A stretch of DNA of 64,000 nucleotides. Origin: Kiritimatiellia bacterium. Lineage in GTDB: Bacteria > Verrucomicrobiota > Kiritimatiellia > JAAZAB01. How positions within the stretch are numbered: the first letter of the stretch is position 1; the number at the start of each line of letters is the position of its first letter. The position numbers and the translations under genes are program-made. The notes below the pieces were generated by a model, which had not been told where the DNA came from, did no database searches, and worked only from the letters and a program-made list of their open reading frames with translations. Shown piece after piece: positions 51,047-60,608 of this stretch. The stretch spans positions 64,001-128,000 of the forward strand of contig JAXGPF010000008.1 in assembly GCA_040767085.1 (NCBI GenBank). Reading direction: 5' to 3'.

Positions 51047-51532
51047 ATGAAAGCTGCTGCATCTAAAACCGGTCAAACCGGCCGCACCGTCCTGGCGGCC
51101 AATCGCCGCGCCCGCCATCATTATATCGTCCTGGAAACATTCGAGGCCGGCATCGCCCTGGCCGGCACGGAAGTCAAGTCCGTCCGGGCGGGCCTGGTTG
51201 ATTTGAGCGCCGGGTTCGCCGATTGCGGCCCGGGGGGGATCATGCTGCGCGACGTGCATATCAAGCCCTACGAGTTCGGCAACCAGTTTAACCACGAGCC
51301 GCGCCGGGCCCGCCGCCTGCTGCTGCACCGCCGGGAAGTCCACCGCCTGGGCGGGCAATTGGCGCGCAAGGGCTTGACCCTGATCCCCCTGTCGCTGTAT
51401 CTTAACCGGCGCGGGCTGGTGAAACTGGAGCTGGGTTTGTGCCAGGGTAAACTGGCGGCGGACAAGCGCGAAGCTCTGCGCCAGAAGGCCGCGGAAGACG
51501 ATGCCCGCCGGGAGTTGGCCGCCCGGCGGTGA
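51047..51532 (+). CDS. smpB: SsrA-binding protein
   Basis: NRRARHHY..EAGIALAGTEVKSVR..RRLLLHRRE..GLTLIPL. Confidence 0.95.
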   Translation: MKAAASKTGQTGRTVLAANRRARHHYIVLETFEAGIALAGTEVKSVRAGLVDLSAGFADCGPGGIMLRDVHIKPYEFGNQFNHEPRRARRLLLHRREVHRLGGQLARKGLTLIPLSLYLNRRGLVKLELGLCQGKLAADKREALRQKAAEDDARRELAARR

Positions 51533-51559
51533 TACGCTCCTGCAACGCGGGCGGCGGAG

Positions 51560-51911
51560 CGCAACGCAGTTGCGCCGCTACAGAAGAGGCGGAAATATTC
51601 AGGCCGGCTGTAGTGGCCGAACTGCGTTCGGTATCTGTGTCTGGGTGTAGTAGTCCGGCTTTGTCGGACATGCCGGAACGCAACGCAGTTGCGCCGCTAC
51701 AGAAGAGGCGGAAATATTCAGGCCGGCTGTAGTGGCCGAACTGCGTTTGGTATCTGTGTCCGGGTGTAGTAGTCCGGCTTTGCCGGACATGCCGGAACGC
51801 AACGCAGTTGCGCCGCTACAGAAGAGGCGGAAATATTCAGGCCGGCTGTAGTGGCCGAACTGCGTTCGGTATCTGTGTCCGGGTGTAGCAGTCCGGCTTT
51901 GCCGGACATGT
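51560..51911. repeat. Three tandem 119-bp units built from inverted GTAG-type REP-like sequences (BIME-like)
   Basis: GCAACGCAGT recurs at 51561, 51680 and 51799. Each unit has an AACGCAGTTGCGCCGCTACA / TGTAGTGGCCGAACTGCGTT inverted pair. Confidence 0.88.
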
Positions 51912-51943
51912 CGGATAGTGTTTATTGATCAAGGAGAAATCAA

Positions 51944-52930
51944 ATGCGCAAGGTAACGTTATTCACGGGACAATTTGCCGATCTGCCTCTGGAACAACTG
52001 GCCGCCAAGGCCAAGGGGTGGGGATATGACGGGTTGGAACTGGCCTGCTGGGGCGATCACCTGGATGTCGCGCGCGCGGCGCGCGACAAAAAATACGCCC
52101 GCGGCCAGGTGTCTCTGCTGGCCCGGCATGGCTTGGAAGTGTTGGCCATCAGCAACCACCTGGCCGGGCAACTGGTCTGCGATCCGAACAACGACGCGCG
52201 CTCAGACGCATTCGCGCCCGGGGAATGCGCCGGCAATGCGGAAGCCAAGCGCGCCTGGGCGGTGGAATCAATGAAGAATGCCGCGCGCGCCGCGGCCAAT
52301 ATGGGCGTCAAGGTGGTCAATGGCTTCACCGGGTCGTCCATCTGGCACATGCTCTACAGTTTTCCGCCGGCATCCGCGGCGATGATTGACGCCGGGTACG
52401 AGGATTTCGCCCGGCGCTGGAATCCGATCCTGGACATCTTCGACGAATGCGGCGTGCGCTTCGCCCTGGAAGTGCATCCGACCGAAATCGCTTACGACCT
52501 GCACACCGCCCGCCGGGCCCTGCAGGCCATCGACAACCGCCCCGCCTTCGGGTTCAATTTCGATCCCAGCCACCTGTTCTGGCAGATGGTGGACCCGGTG
52601 CGTTTCATCCAGGCTTTCCCGGAACGCATTTACCATGTGCATGTCAAGGATGCGGCGCTGACGCTGGACGGCGCGAGCGGCATCCTGGCGTCGCATCTCA
52701 ACTTCGGCACGCCCGGGCGCGGCTGGGATTTCCGCACCCCGGGCCGGGGCGGCGTCCGTTTCGAGGAAATCATCCGGGCCTTGAACGTCATCAACTACCA
52801 GGGGCCGCTGTCGGTGGAGTGGGAGGATGCCTACATGGACCGCGAGCACGGCGCGGCGGAAGCCTGCCAGTTTGTGCGCCGGCTGGATTTTCCCAAGTCC
52901 GACCGCGTGTTTGATGAAGCGTTCGGGTGA
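51944..52930 (+). CDS. Sugar phosphate isomerase/epimerase (xylose-isomerase-like TIM barrel)
   Basis: LELACWGDH, ALEVHPTE, NFDPSH, HVHVKD, SVEWED. Confidence 0.9.
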   Translation: MRKVTLFTGQFADLPLEQLAAKAKGWGYDGLELACWGDHLDVARAARDKKYARGQVSLLARHGLEVLAISNHLAGQLVCDPNNDARSDAFAPGECAGNAEAKRAWAVESMKNAARAAANMGVKVVNGFTGSSIWHMLYSFPPASAAMIDAGYEDFARRWNPILDIFDECGVRFALEVHPTEIAYDLHTARRALQAIDNRPAFGFNFDPSHLFWQMVDPVRFIQAFPERIYHVHVKDAALTLDGASGILASHLNFGTPGRGWDFRTPGRGGVRFEEIIRALNVINYQGPLSVEWEDAYMDREHGAAEACQFVRRLDFPKSDRVFDEAFG

Positions 52931-53006
52931 TAGAAGCTTTGACATAATGGCCGCCATTTGTTATCATCAACCATTCAAAAATTTAACTGAACACAGGGGT
53001 GCTGCA

Positions 53007-54395
53007 ATGAAAATCGCAAAATTACTGGCGCTGGCGGCGGTGTGCACGGGCGTGTCGGTGGGCGGGCAGACGGTTTTCGTGGTGCCGCCGGAAACGCCCG
53101 GGGCAAGTCCGGGTTACCCGTTCTATTCGTGGGGCAATGCCGCCACCAGCATCCACGATGCCGTCGACGCCGCCGTGCTCGCCGGCGTGACGCAGGTGTT
53201 TGTTTCCAATGGCTTGTATCATATCACGAACGAAATCTCTGTGAAAAACGCCCTCTATTTGCGCAGTTGGAATAACGGGGCGATTGACCAGACCAACACG
53301 ATTATCAATGCCGGGGGGCTGTACCGCGGCTTTTTCGTCAGCAATGCCAATGCCGTCGTGGATGGATTCATGGTCACCAACGCGGCGACCAACGCGGTCA
53401 ACCTTTATCACGGCGTGATCCGGAATTGCGACCTGGCTTTCAACCTGGGGCGAGGCGCAACTATCGGCTTGAACGGGATTCTGGAAGATTGCCGCGTGCG
53501 GGAAAATTACATTGTCGCTCATGGCGGCGGCGTGTATTTGTCCGCCGGAACGGTGCGCCGGTGCGCCATTGTCGGCAACATCGGCAGCAGCTACTATGGC
53601 GGCGGCGTGTATATTATGGGGGGGGGGAAACTGCTGGATAGCAGCATCATCAGCAACCAGTGCGTCGGCACCGCAAACGGCTGGGGCGGCGGCGTGTTTG
53701 TGAGTGAGTTGGGGCTGGTTTCCAATTGCCTTATTCAAGCCAACCGGACCTTCATCCGTACTGCGGGGATTTTTTTGTCGGCTGGCGGCGGCGGCAATAT
53801 CGTGGTGGATAAATGCGTGATTGTTGACAATGTAATAACCGGGGCTACCGGCGGCGGCGGCTCTTACATGAATGGCGGCGTGTTGCGCAATTCGCTGATC
53901 GCCCGCAATTCCGGCGTACGTGGCGGTGGCATTTTTATGATCGTTGCGTCCAATCTAATCGAGAATTGCACGATTGTCTCCAATTCCGCATCCGAACGTG
54001 GCGGCGGGGTGTATGGCCCAGGTAGTGTTGCCACGGATGTGTTGTTGATGAATAATATCATTTACTTCAACAATTCTCCCAACGGAAGCAATTTATATAA
54101 CCAAGATATGGTGTTTTGGACCAACAACTGCACGGCGCCATCGGTGAATGCCTACGGCAGCGGCAACATCACCGATGATCCGGCCTTCGTCAGTTTTGCG
54201 CCGGACATGGATGCGGCCGATTATGATTTTCGGCTGACAGCCGATTCCCGCTGTGTCAATACCGGGACAAATCAGCCCTCAATGTCGTCGTGCGTGGACC
54301 TGGACGGGCGGACGCGGATTGACCGTTTCTACCGCCTGGTGGATATGGGCTGCTACGAATATGTCCCGGGCGGGATGCTTTTCGGCATACGCTGA
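53007..54395 (+). CDS. Secreted right-handed beta-helix repeat protein with a choice-of-anchor-Q-like C-terminal region
   Basis: Signal peptide; GGGVY/N repeats; DDPAFV..DFRL..S.C.NTG..DLDG..R..VDMGCYE. Confidence 0.82.
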   Translation: MKIAKLLALAAVCTGVSVGGQTVFVVPPETPGASPGYPFYSWGNAATSIHDAVDAAVLAGVTQVFVSNGLYHITNEISVKNALYLRSWNNGAIDQTNTIINAGGLYRGFFVSNANAVVDGFMVTNAATNAVNLYHGVIRNCDLAFNLGRGATIGLNGILEDCRVRENYIVAHGGGVYLSAGTVRRCAIVGNIGSSYYGGGVYIMGGGKLLDSSIISNQCVGTANGWGGGVFVSELGLVSNCLIQANRTFIRTAGIFLSAGGGGNIVVDKCVIVDNVITGATGGGGSYMNGGVLRNSLIARNSGVRGGGIFMIVASNLIENCTIVSNSASERGGGVYGPGSVATDVLLMNNIIYFNNSPNGSNLYNQDMVFWTNNCTAPSVNAYGSGNITDDPAFVSFAPDMDAADYDFRLTADSRCVNTGTNQPSMSSCVDLDGRTRIDRFYRLVDMGCYEYVPGGMLFGIR

Positions 54396-54526
54396 AATTG
54401 CGGGCGCGCCAGTGGTCCTAAATAAAAGCCACAGGTATTTGGAGGGTTGGATTACACCCCAACCGTTCTGCGCGGACTTTTGAGCGGCTCTTTAAAAAGC
54501 CTGCCTGCGGCGCCGCGATTGCGGGG

Positions 54527-55327
54527 TCATGCGCATTTACCGCGTTGGAACAGACGGCAGGCGTTGGCCGTGGTTGATTGCGCGATTTCCGCCAGGGGCC
54601 GGCCGCGAATCTGCGCCAGGCAGGCGGCGGTGTGCGGCAGGCAGGCCGGCTCGTTGCGCCGGCCGCGCAACGGTTCCGGCGCCAGGAACGGCGCGTCGGT
54701 TTCCAGCAGCAGGCGGTCGTCTGGGACGAGGGCGGCTGCCGCGCGGATTTCCCCGGCGTTTTTGAATGTCAGGATGCCGCTGAAGCTGATATAGAAACCC
54801 AAATCCAGCAGGCGGCGGGCGTATTCCGGGCCCCCGGTGAAGCAATGCATCACGCCAATGCCATCCGGCGCGCCGGTCCAACCGGCGGCATGCACGGTCA
54901 AATCCTCCAAAATTTCCCGGTCGGCATCGCGGCTGTGGACGATCACCGGCAAAGCGTGGGCCCGCGCCAGTTCCAGCATGCGGCGGAACAGATTGCGCGG
55001 CGCCGGGTCGTCCCGGCGCCCGTGGAAATAATCCAATCCGGTTTCCCCAATGGCCGCAATCTCCGGCGCCGCCAGCAAGCCTTCCAACTCGGAAAGCGCC
55101 GCCGGTGCCGGCGCCTGGCTGCGGTCCATGGCCGCCGCGGCGCGGATATGGGCGGGGTATTGCCGGGCCAATGCCAGGGCCTGCTGGTTGGCGGCCGGGG
55201 ATCCCCCGATGGCCAGGATGCGGGTGACGCCGGCATCCCTGGCGCGCTGGAGCAGGGCTGGGATGCCGCCGTCGGGCGCGGCCGGATCAACCAGCAGGTC
55301 GAAATGCGCATGGGTATCGAAAAACAT
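54527..55327 (-). CDS. tatD: TatD-family deoxyribonuclease
   Basis: FDTHAH, AIGETGLDY, HSRDA, HCF, LETDAPFLAP. Confidence 0.93.
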   Translation of the reverse strand: MFFDTHAHFDLLVDPAAPDGGIPALLQRARDAGVTRILAIGGSPAANQQALALARQYPAHIRAAAAMDRSQAPAPAALSELEGLLAAPEIAAIGETGLDYFHGRRDDPAPRNLFRRMLELARAHALPVIVHSRDADREILEDLTVHAAGWTGAPDGIGVMHCFTGGPEYARRLLDLGFYISFSGILTFKNAGEIRAAAALVPDDRLLLETDAPFLAPEPLRGRRNEPACLPHTAACLAQIRGRPLAEIAQSTTANACRLFQRGKCA

Positions 55328-55374
55328 ATGCGCTAAAATATCCCTCCGCCCCGTGGAATGCAATCCTGGAATGC

Positions 55375-55604
55375 CAGGGCTGTATCATTCTCAGAGCAGA
55401 CGGCTCGGTCGGCTTGTCCTGCATAGCTTCAGCGACGCAGGGAGACCTCGCCCTACCGTTTCATAAGCATTTGTCGCGGGTAGGGCGAGACCTCCGGGCG
55501 AGCCGCTCCGGCGGTAGAAGGGCGAGACCCCGCTCAAAGCGGGGTAAACCGCCGGCTTGTCCCGCATGGCGCGGGAGCGAGCCGCCGGGAATGACGCAAC
55601 CGTG
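55375..55604. mobile_element. MITE family A copy 3 (opposite orientation)
   Basis: CAGGGCTGTATCATTCTC ... GGGAATGACGCAACCGTG; flanks CTGGAATGC / CCCGAATGC. Confidence 0.8.
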
Positions 55605-55670
55605 CCCGAATGCCAACCGGTGCGCGCGCGGCAACTTGTATTTTCGCAGGCGATTTGCTACGCTTTGCCA

Positions 55671-55949
55671 ATGAAACACAGTTCCAAGCCCGCCAAGCCC
55701 GTGCGCGCCTGCCATGCCTGTCTGCTCAACCTGGGCAAAGTCTGCTGGGTTTACGCCAATCCGCGGCGGCAATGGCGCAACCGGCGGTGTCCGGGGTTCG
55801 AAAACCCGGAATTGTACAACGCCCTGGCGGAATGGCAGGCGGCGCCGCATGTCAAAACCAGGAAACAATTGCGGCAGGCGTCCGGCCGTAAAACCAACCA
55901 GCCGCCAGCCTGGCGGCGGCATACTCAACATACAATCGGCAGCGGGTGA
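55671..55949 (+). CDS. Small basic Cys-containing hypothetical protein
   Basis: CHAC..C..C; ends immediately before the hflX start. Confidence 0.55.
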   Translation: MKHSSKPAKPVRACHACLLNLGKVCWVYANPRRQWRNRRCPGFENPELYNALAEWQAAPHVKTRKQLRQASGRKTNQPPAWRRHTQHTIGSG

Positions 55950-57065
55950 TTGATGCAATCTGACGGCAACGCAACGGCAATTATCGAGCGAGCCCTGCTG
56001 GTCCAGGTGGTGATCGGCCGGCAAGCGCGCGCCGAGGCGGAAGACTCGCTCGCGGAGCTGGCGCGGCTGGCGGACACTGCCGGCGCCGCGGTGGTGGGCG
56101 CCATTACCCAGCATCGGGAACGGCCGGACCCGGCGTTGATGATCGGCCAGGGCAAATTGGCGGAGGTGCAACTGGCCGGCCGGGCGGCGGAAGCCAATCT
56201 CCTGATCTTTGACAATGAACTCTCGGCGGTGCAGGCCGCGAATGTGCGCCAGGCGGTCGGCCTCAAGGTGATTGACCGCACCGAGTTGATTCTCCGGATT
56301 TTCGCCCGGCGCGCGCAAACCGCCGAGTCTAAAATCCAGGTGGAACTGGCGCATTTGCAATACCTCGCCGGACGGATTCCCGTGCTGGAAGCCCAGCAGC
56401 GGTTTCAGGGCGGCATTGGCGTGCGCGGGCCGGGCGAGAGCCCGATGCAATTGCGGCGCGCGCCGATGCTGGCGCGGATTACCATTCTTAAAAGGAAACT
56501 CAAGGAAATCCAGCGGCGCCGGCAACTGACACGCCGCCAGCGCCGGATGCCGGAGGTGTGCCTGGTGGGGTATACCAATGCCGGGAAATCCACCCTCCTG
56601 AATGCCTGCAGCGCGGCGGACGCCTACGTGGATGACCGGCTGTTCGCCACGCTGGACACCAAGAGCCGCGCCGTGTTCCTGCCCGACCGCCGCCAGGTGA
56701 TGTTGACCGATACCGTGGGCTTTATCCGGCATCTGCCGCACGGCCTGGTGGCTTCTTTCCGCTCCACGCTGGAGGAGATCGGCGAGGCCGATCTCCTCTT
56801 GCTGGTGCTGGATGCCGGCCACCGCTACCTCCGGGAGCACCTGGCGGTGGTGGAGAAAACCCTGGCCGAAATCAAGGCCGAGCGCGCGCCGCGGCTGCTG
56901 GTGCTCAACAAGATTGATACGCCGGCCGCGCAGGCGGCGCTCCCGGAGCTGCGGCGGGATTTCCCCGAGGCCCTGGCGCTTTCGGCCCTGCACCGGGAAG
57001 GTGTGGCGGAGTTGAAGGAGCGCCTGGCGCAATTGCTGCCCGCGCGCCAGTTGTTGCCGGAGTGA
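55950..57065 (+). CDS. hflX: GTPase HflX
   Basis: LVGYTNAGKSTL, LFATLD, DTVGFI, NKID. Confidence 0.95.
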   Translation: MMQSDGNATAIIERALLVQVVIGRQARAEAEDSLAELARLADTAGAAVVGAITQHRERPDPALMIGQGKLAEVQLAGRAAEANLLIFDNELSAVQAANVRQAVGLKVIDRTELILRIFARRAQTAESKIQVELAHLQYLAGRIPVLEAQQRFQGGIGVRGPGESPMQLRRAPMLARITILKRKLKEIQRRRQLTRRQRRMPEVCLVGYTNAGKSTLLNACSAADAYVDDRLFATLDTKSRAVFLPDRRQVMLTDTVGFIRHLPHGLVASFRSTLEEIGEADLLLLVLDAGHRYLREHLAVVEKTLAEIKAERAPRLLVLNKIDTPAAQAALPELRRDFPEALALSALHREGVAELKERLAQLLPARQLLPE

Positions 57066-57068
57066 ACC

Positions 57069-57719
57069 ATGCCGGTTGAGTTAATTCTCGCATCCGCTTC
57101 CGTCGCGCGCGCGGATTTACTGCGCGCCGCGGGCATCAAGTTCCGCATCGCTCCCGCAAATGTGGCAGAGCCGCCGCCGGCCCCGTACGAGTCGCTGAAA
57201 CATTACCTGGAGCGCCTGGCGCAAATGAAGGCGCAGGCGGCGGCGCCGCGCCATTCCCGGGCGGCCATCCTGGCGGCGGACACGGTGCTATGCCTCCCGG
57301 GCGGCCGGGCTGACCGGATGCGCCTGCGGATTATCGGCAAGCCGTATGGGCGGACGCCCGCCGCGCGCGCCGCCTCAGCGGCGCGTCTGTTGCGGGAACT
57401 CGCGGGGCGTGAACACTTGATCGGCACGGGAATCTGCCTCCTGGGTCCGGAGGACGCGCGCGGGCGCCGGGTCATGCGCCGTGGATATGTTGCGGCGCGG
57501 GTGCGGCTGCGCGCCCTGGCGCCGGCGGAAATCCGGCATTATGTGGCGCAAGTCAAGCCCTGGCATTGCGCCGGCGCCTATGCCCTGCAGGGCGCCGGCG
57601 CGGCGATCATCGCGGCAGTGCGCGGCGACCCGACCACCATCATCGGGTTGCCCATGGAATTGACGCTCCGGCTCCTGGCGGGCTCAGGCGGATTGGCCCG
57701 CGCCGGCATTCTGCATTAA
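57069..57719 (+). CDS. maf: Maf-family nucleoside triphosphate pyrophosphatase
   Basis: LILASAS, AADT, GKP, AGAY, IIGLP. Confidence 0.88.
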   Translation: MPVELILASASVARADLLRAAGIKFRIAPANVAEPPPAPYESLKHYLERLAQMKAQAAAPRHSRAAILAADTVLCLPGGRADRMRLRIIGKPYGRTPAARAASAARLLRELAGREHLIGTGICLLGPEDARGRRVMRRGYVAARVRLRALAPAEIRHYVAQVKPWHCAGAYALQGAGAAIIAAVRGDPTTIIGLPMELTLRLLAGSGGLARAGILH

Positions 57720-58196
57720 AGCCGCCAGCGCCCTGGCTTCATGCGCCTGCAAGCGCGCCAACTCGGCGGGCGGCAGGTTGGTTTTGGCCGCTGAAAAAGC
57801 CAGTTCCATTCCCGGGAAAGCGCGTTGAAACAGGAATTGCGCGCGCGGGATGTGGAAATCGGAAGTGACGACGACGAGGGCGGTTATGCCGTGGCGGGCG
57901 ATAATCGGCCGGGATAATCCGGCATCCTGAATTGTGTTGGAGCTTTCCACGCACTCGAGAAACCGGTCCGGGGGAATGCCCTGCGCCTCCAGGAAGCGCC
58001 TGGTGTAATAACCGTGCGGCTTTTCGGTGGTGTTGAAGTGCGTCCCCCAGCCGCCGGTGGGGAGGATGCAGGCGTCCGGATGCCGCGCGAATTCGAACAA
58101 AGCCTGGCGGCAGCGTTCGACGGCCATGGCCGACAGACGGCCGGCGGCGTCATTTGGCGCGCCCAGCACCGCAATGGCGGTTTTTTTTGGGTGCAT
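57684..58196 (-). CDS. YdcF/DUF218 family protein
   Basis: IAVLG, TGG, SSNTIQDA, VVTSDFHIPRA. Confidence 0.85.
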   Translation of the reverse strand: MHPKKTAIAVLGAPNDAAGRLSAMAVERCRQALFEFARHPDACILPTGGWGTHFNTTEKPHGYYTRRFLEAQGIPPDRFLECVESSNTIQDAGLSRPIIARHGITALVVVTSDFHIPRAQFLFQRAFPGMELAFSAAKTNLPPAELARLQAHEARALAALMQNAGAGQSA

Positions 58197-58242
58197 ATTC
58201 CTGTGCTTTATCTCCGGCGCGGCCTTGATGGGACAGACTGGA

Positions 58243-58824
58243 TCATTCCTTCTTGCCTCCGCGCCGCGCCGTTGCCGGCGGGGTGGCGGCGGGCGGGTTA
58301 TGCCGGCGGTAATCCTGCATGATGTCGCGGATATAGCGCCGGGTGAGGGGATAAGTGATATTATGCCAGAACACGTTCGGGTCGTTGCGGTCGTTTTTGG
58401 CCCAGCGCAGGGCGTTGGAACGCCCGGCATTGTATTCCGCCAGCGCGTAAGGCAGCGGGTTAGCCTTGGCGCTCCAGTAGTTGCGGGCGCGGCTCAGGTA
58501 CCAGGCGCCGGCCTGAATGTTGATTTCGGGTTGGAATAGTTCGTATTTGCTGAAATTGGAACGGCCGGTGCCGGCGGCCCAGTCGGCCGCGGCGGCAGGG
58601 GTGACCTGCATCAGGCCGATTTCGCCGGCCCGGCCGATGCTGCGATGGTTGAACCCGCTTTCATGGCGGATCACCGCGCGCAGGAGCGCCGGCGGCAAGT
58701 CATGTTCCCGCGCGGCATCGAGGATCATGGCGTCGAAGGCATGGTTGCGCCAATGCCAGTAGGCCGCGTAAAACATCGCGCTCGCGATGACGGCGGCGGT
58801 CGCGGCGGCAATTAACCAGCGCAT
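58243..58824 (-). CDS. Lytic transglycosylase (SLT domain)
   Basis: IRHES, GLMQV, NIQAGAWYL, EYNAG. Confidence 0.92.
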   Translation of the reverse strand: MRWLIAAATAAVIASAMFYAAYWHWRNHAFDAMILDAAREHDLPPALLRAVIRHESGFNHRSIGRAGEIGLMQVTPAAAADWAAGTGRSNFSKYELFQPEINIQAGAWYLSRARNYWSAKANPLPYALAEYNAGRSNALRWAKNDRNDPNVFWHNITYPLTRRYIRDIMQDYRRHNPPAATPPATARRGGKKE

Positions 58825-58913
58825 GGTATTTGACAAACCCTTTGGCATAGTTTAAATTTAACGCGAAAGGAAGCTCGCGTCAATTTTATATCACGGGCGG
58901 ACGGATGTTCCGT

Positions 58914-59035
58914 CACGGCTGCGTCATTCTTTGCGGCTCGCCCGGAGGTCTCGCCCTACCCACGACAAATACTTATGAAACGGTAGGGCGAGGTCTCCGT
59001 ACCGAGCCGTCTGTTCTGAGAATGACGCAGCCCTG
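58914..59035. mobile_element. MITE family A copy 4 (minimal form, one REP doublet)
   Basis: CACGGCTGCGTCATTCT ... AGAATGACGCAGCCCTG; flanks GATGTTCCGT / GATGTTCCGC. Confidence 0.85.
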
Positions 59036-59099
59036 GATGTTCCGCGTCGGAATTTTTTGAAATTACCCCAGGTGAAGGATATTACATAAGGAGGTTGGC

Positions 59100-60608
59100 A
59101 TGCGCGAAGTCAAAGCGATTAATCCGGCCTGGTTCAGCCCCATGACCTGGCTGGGACTCGCGATCCTGGCGGCGGTGCTGCTGGGTCCGGGATGGGTCTG
59201 GTTTTTCTGGCGGATCGAACCGGGGCCGGACCAGTTGGCGGTGTTGATCCGGAAAGTCGGGCAGGACCTGCCCTCCGGCCAGATTCTGGCGGAAGCTCCC
59301 GAGCAGAAGGGCATCCAGATGGAAGTGCTGCCTGAGGGCCGTTACTTCCGCAATCCCTACGTCTGGGGGTGGCGGATCGCGCCGATTACGGATGTGCCGC
59401 CCGGCAAGGTGGGCGTACTCGTCCGGCTCTATGGCCGGGACCTGGAGGCCGGCCAGATCATTGCCGGCCCCGATACCAAGGGCATCGTGGCGGAAGTGCT
59501 CCGCCCCGGGAAATACCGCATCAATCCCTTCGCCTACAATGTCCGCTTCTTCGATGCCACGGCCATTCGCGCCGGTTATGTCGGCGTGGTGACTTCGCAG
59601 GAAGGGCGGGACCCGCTGAACACGGATTTGCCCGCCGCCGAACGCAATGTGTTCCTGGTGCAGGATAGCATGAAGGGCGTGCTGCCGGCCGTGTTGGATC
59701 CCGGCACCTATTACCTGAATCCCTACTTGTTAAACGTGGTGGAGGTAAACCTGCAGAGCCAGCGGTTCGAGATGAGCGGGGAGGATGCCATCAGCTTCCT
59801 GACGCTGGACGGATTCACGGTGAATGTCGAGGGCACCCTGGAATTCGCCATCATGCGGGAGTCGGCCGCCTTGCTGACCCACCGGGTGGGCGACATGGAG
59901 GACGTGGTGAAGAAAGTCATTCTGCCGCGCGCCCGGGGATTCAGCCGGCTGGAAGGCAGCAAAAATCCGGCGATCGATTACATCGTGGGCGAGACCCGGC
60001 AGAAATTTCAAAATGTGCTGCAGCAGCATCTGCAGGAGCAATGCGAGGAGTGGGGCGTGGCGATCAAGTCGGTGCTGATCCGCAACATCCTGCCGCCCGA
60101 CCAGATCGCCAGCATCATCCGCGACCGGCAGGTGGCGGTGCAGAATGCCTTGAAATACGAGCAGCAGATCGAACAGGCGCGCTCCAAGGCCGAACTGACC
60201 AGGCAGGAAATGCTGGCGGAACAGAACAAGGAAAAAGTGGTCGCCGAAACCGCGCGCATCCAGGCGGTCATTGAGGCCGAGCAGAACCAGGCGGTGCGCG
60301 TCGTGGCCGCCCAGAAGGATTTGGAGGTGGCGCAGTTGGAAAACGCCGCGGCCGCCTTCCAGGCCGAGGCCCGTCTGCGCGGCGCCCGCGCCGAGCGGGA
60401 CGTGATCGGCCTGCAAAACAAGGCCCAGGCCGATGTGTATGCCGAGCAGGTGCGGGCCTTCGGCACGGGGCTGAATTTCGCCCGCTATACCCTGTACCGC
60501 AAAATCGCGCCGCGCATTGACTCGCTGCTGGCCGCCGACAGTCCCGACGGCCTGGGCGGAATTTTCACCCCGCTGCTGCCGGCGGCGGGCAAGGAGGGCC
60601 AGCCATGA
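59100..60608 (+). CDS. SPFH (band 7) protein with three N-terminal beta repeats and a coiled coil
   Basis: TM helix; three KG...VL.(E/P)G.Y..NP repeats; SPFH core; AE-rich coiled coil. Confidence 0.85.
   Translation: MREVKAINPAWFSPMTWLGLAILAAVLLGPGWVWFFWRIEPGPDQLAVLIRKVGQDLPSGQILAEAPEQKGIQMEVLPEGRYFRNPYVWGWRIAPITDVPPGKVGVLVRLYGRDLEAGQIIAGPDTKGIVAEVLRPGKYRINPFAYNVRFFDATAIRAGYVGVVTSQEGRDPLNTDLPAAERNVFLVQDSMKGVLPAVLDPGTYYLNPYLLNVVEVNLQSQRFEMSGEDAISFLTLDGFTVNVEGTLEFAIMRESAALLTHRVGDMEDVVKKVILPRARGFSRLEGSKNPAIDYIVGETRQKFQNVLQQHLQEQCEEWGVAIKSVLIRNILPPDQIASIIRDRQVAVQNALKYEQQIEQARSKAELTRQEMLAEQNKEKVVAETARIQAVIEAEQNQAVRVVAAQKDLEVAQLENAAAAFQAEARLRGARAERDVIGLQNKAQADVYAEQVRAFGTGLNFARYTLYRKIAPRIDSLLAADSPDGLGGIFTPLLPAAGKEGQP

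Noticed and set aside
51560-51911. Possible CRISPR array or tmRNA next to smpB
   Set aside because: The units are near-identical over the full 119 bp with no unique spacers, and no cas genes are present. I see no tRNA-like ends or tag ORF.
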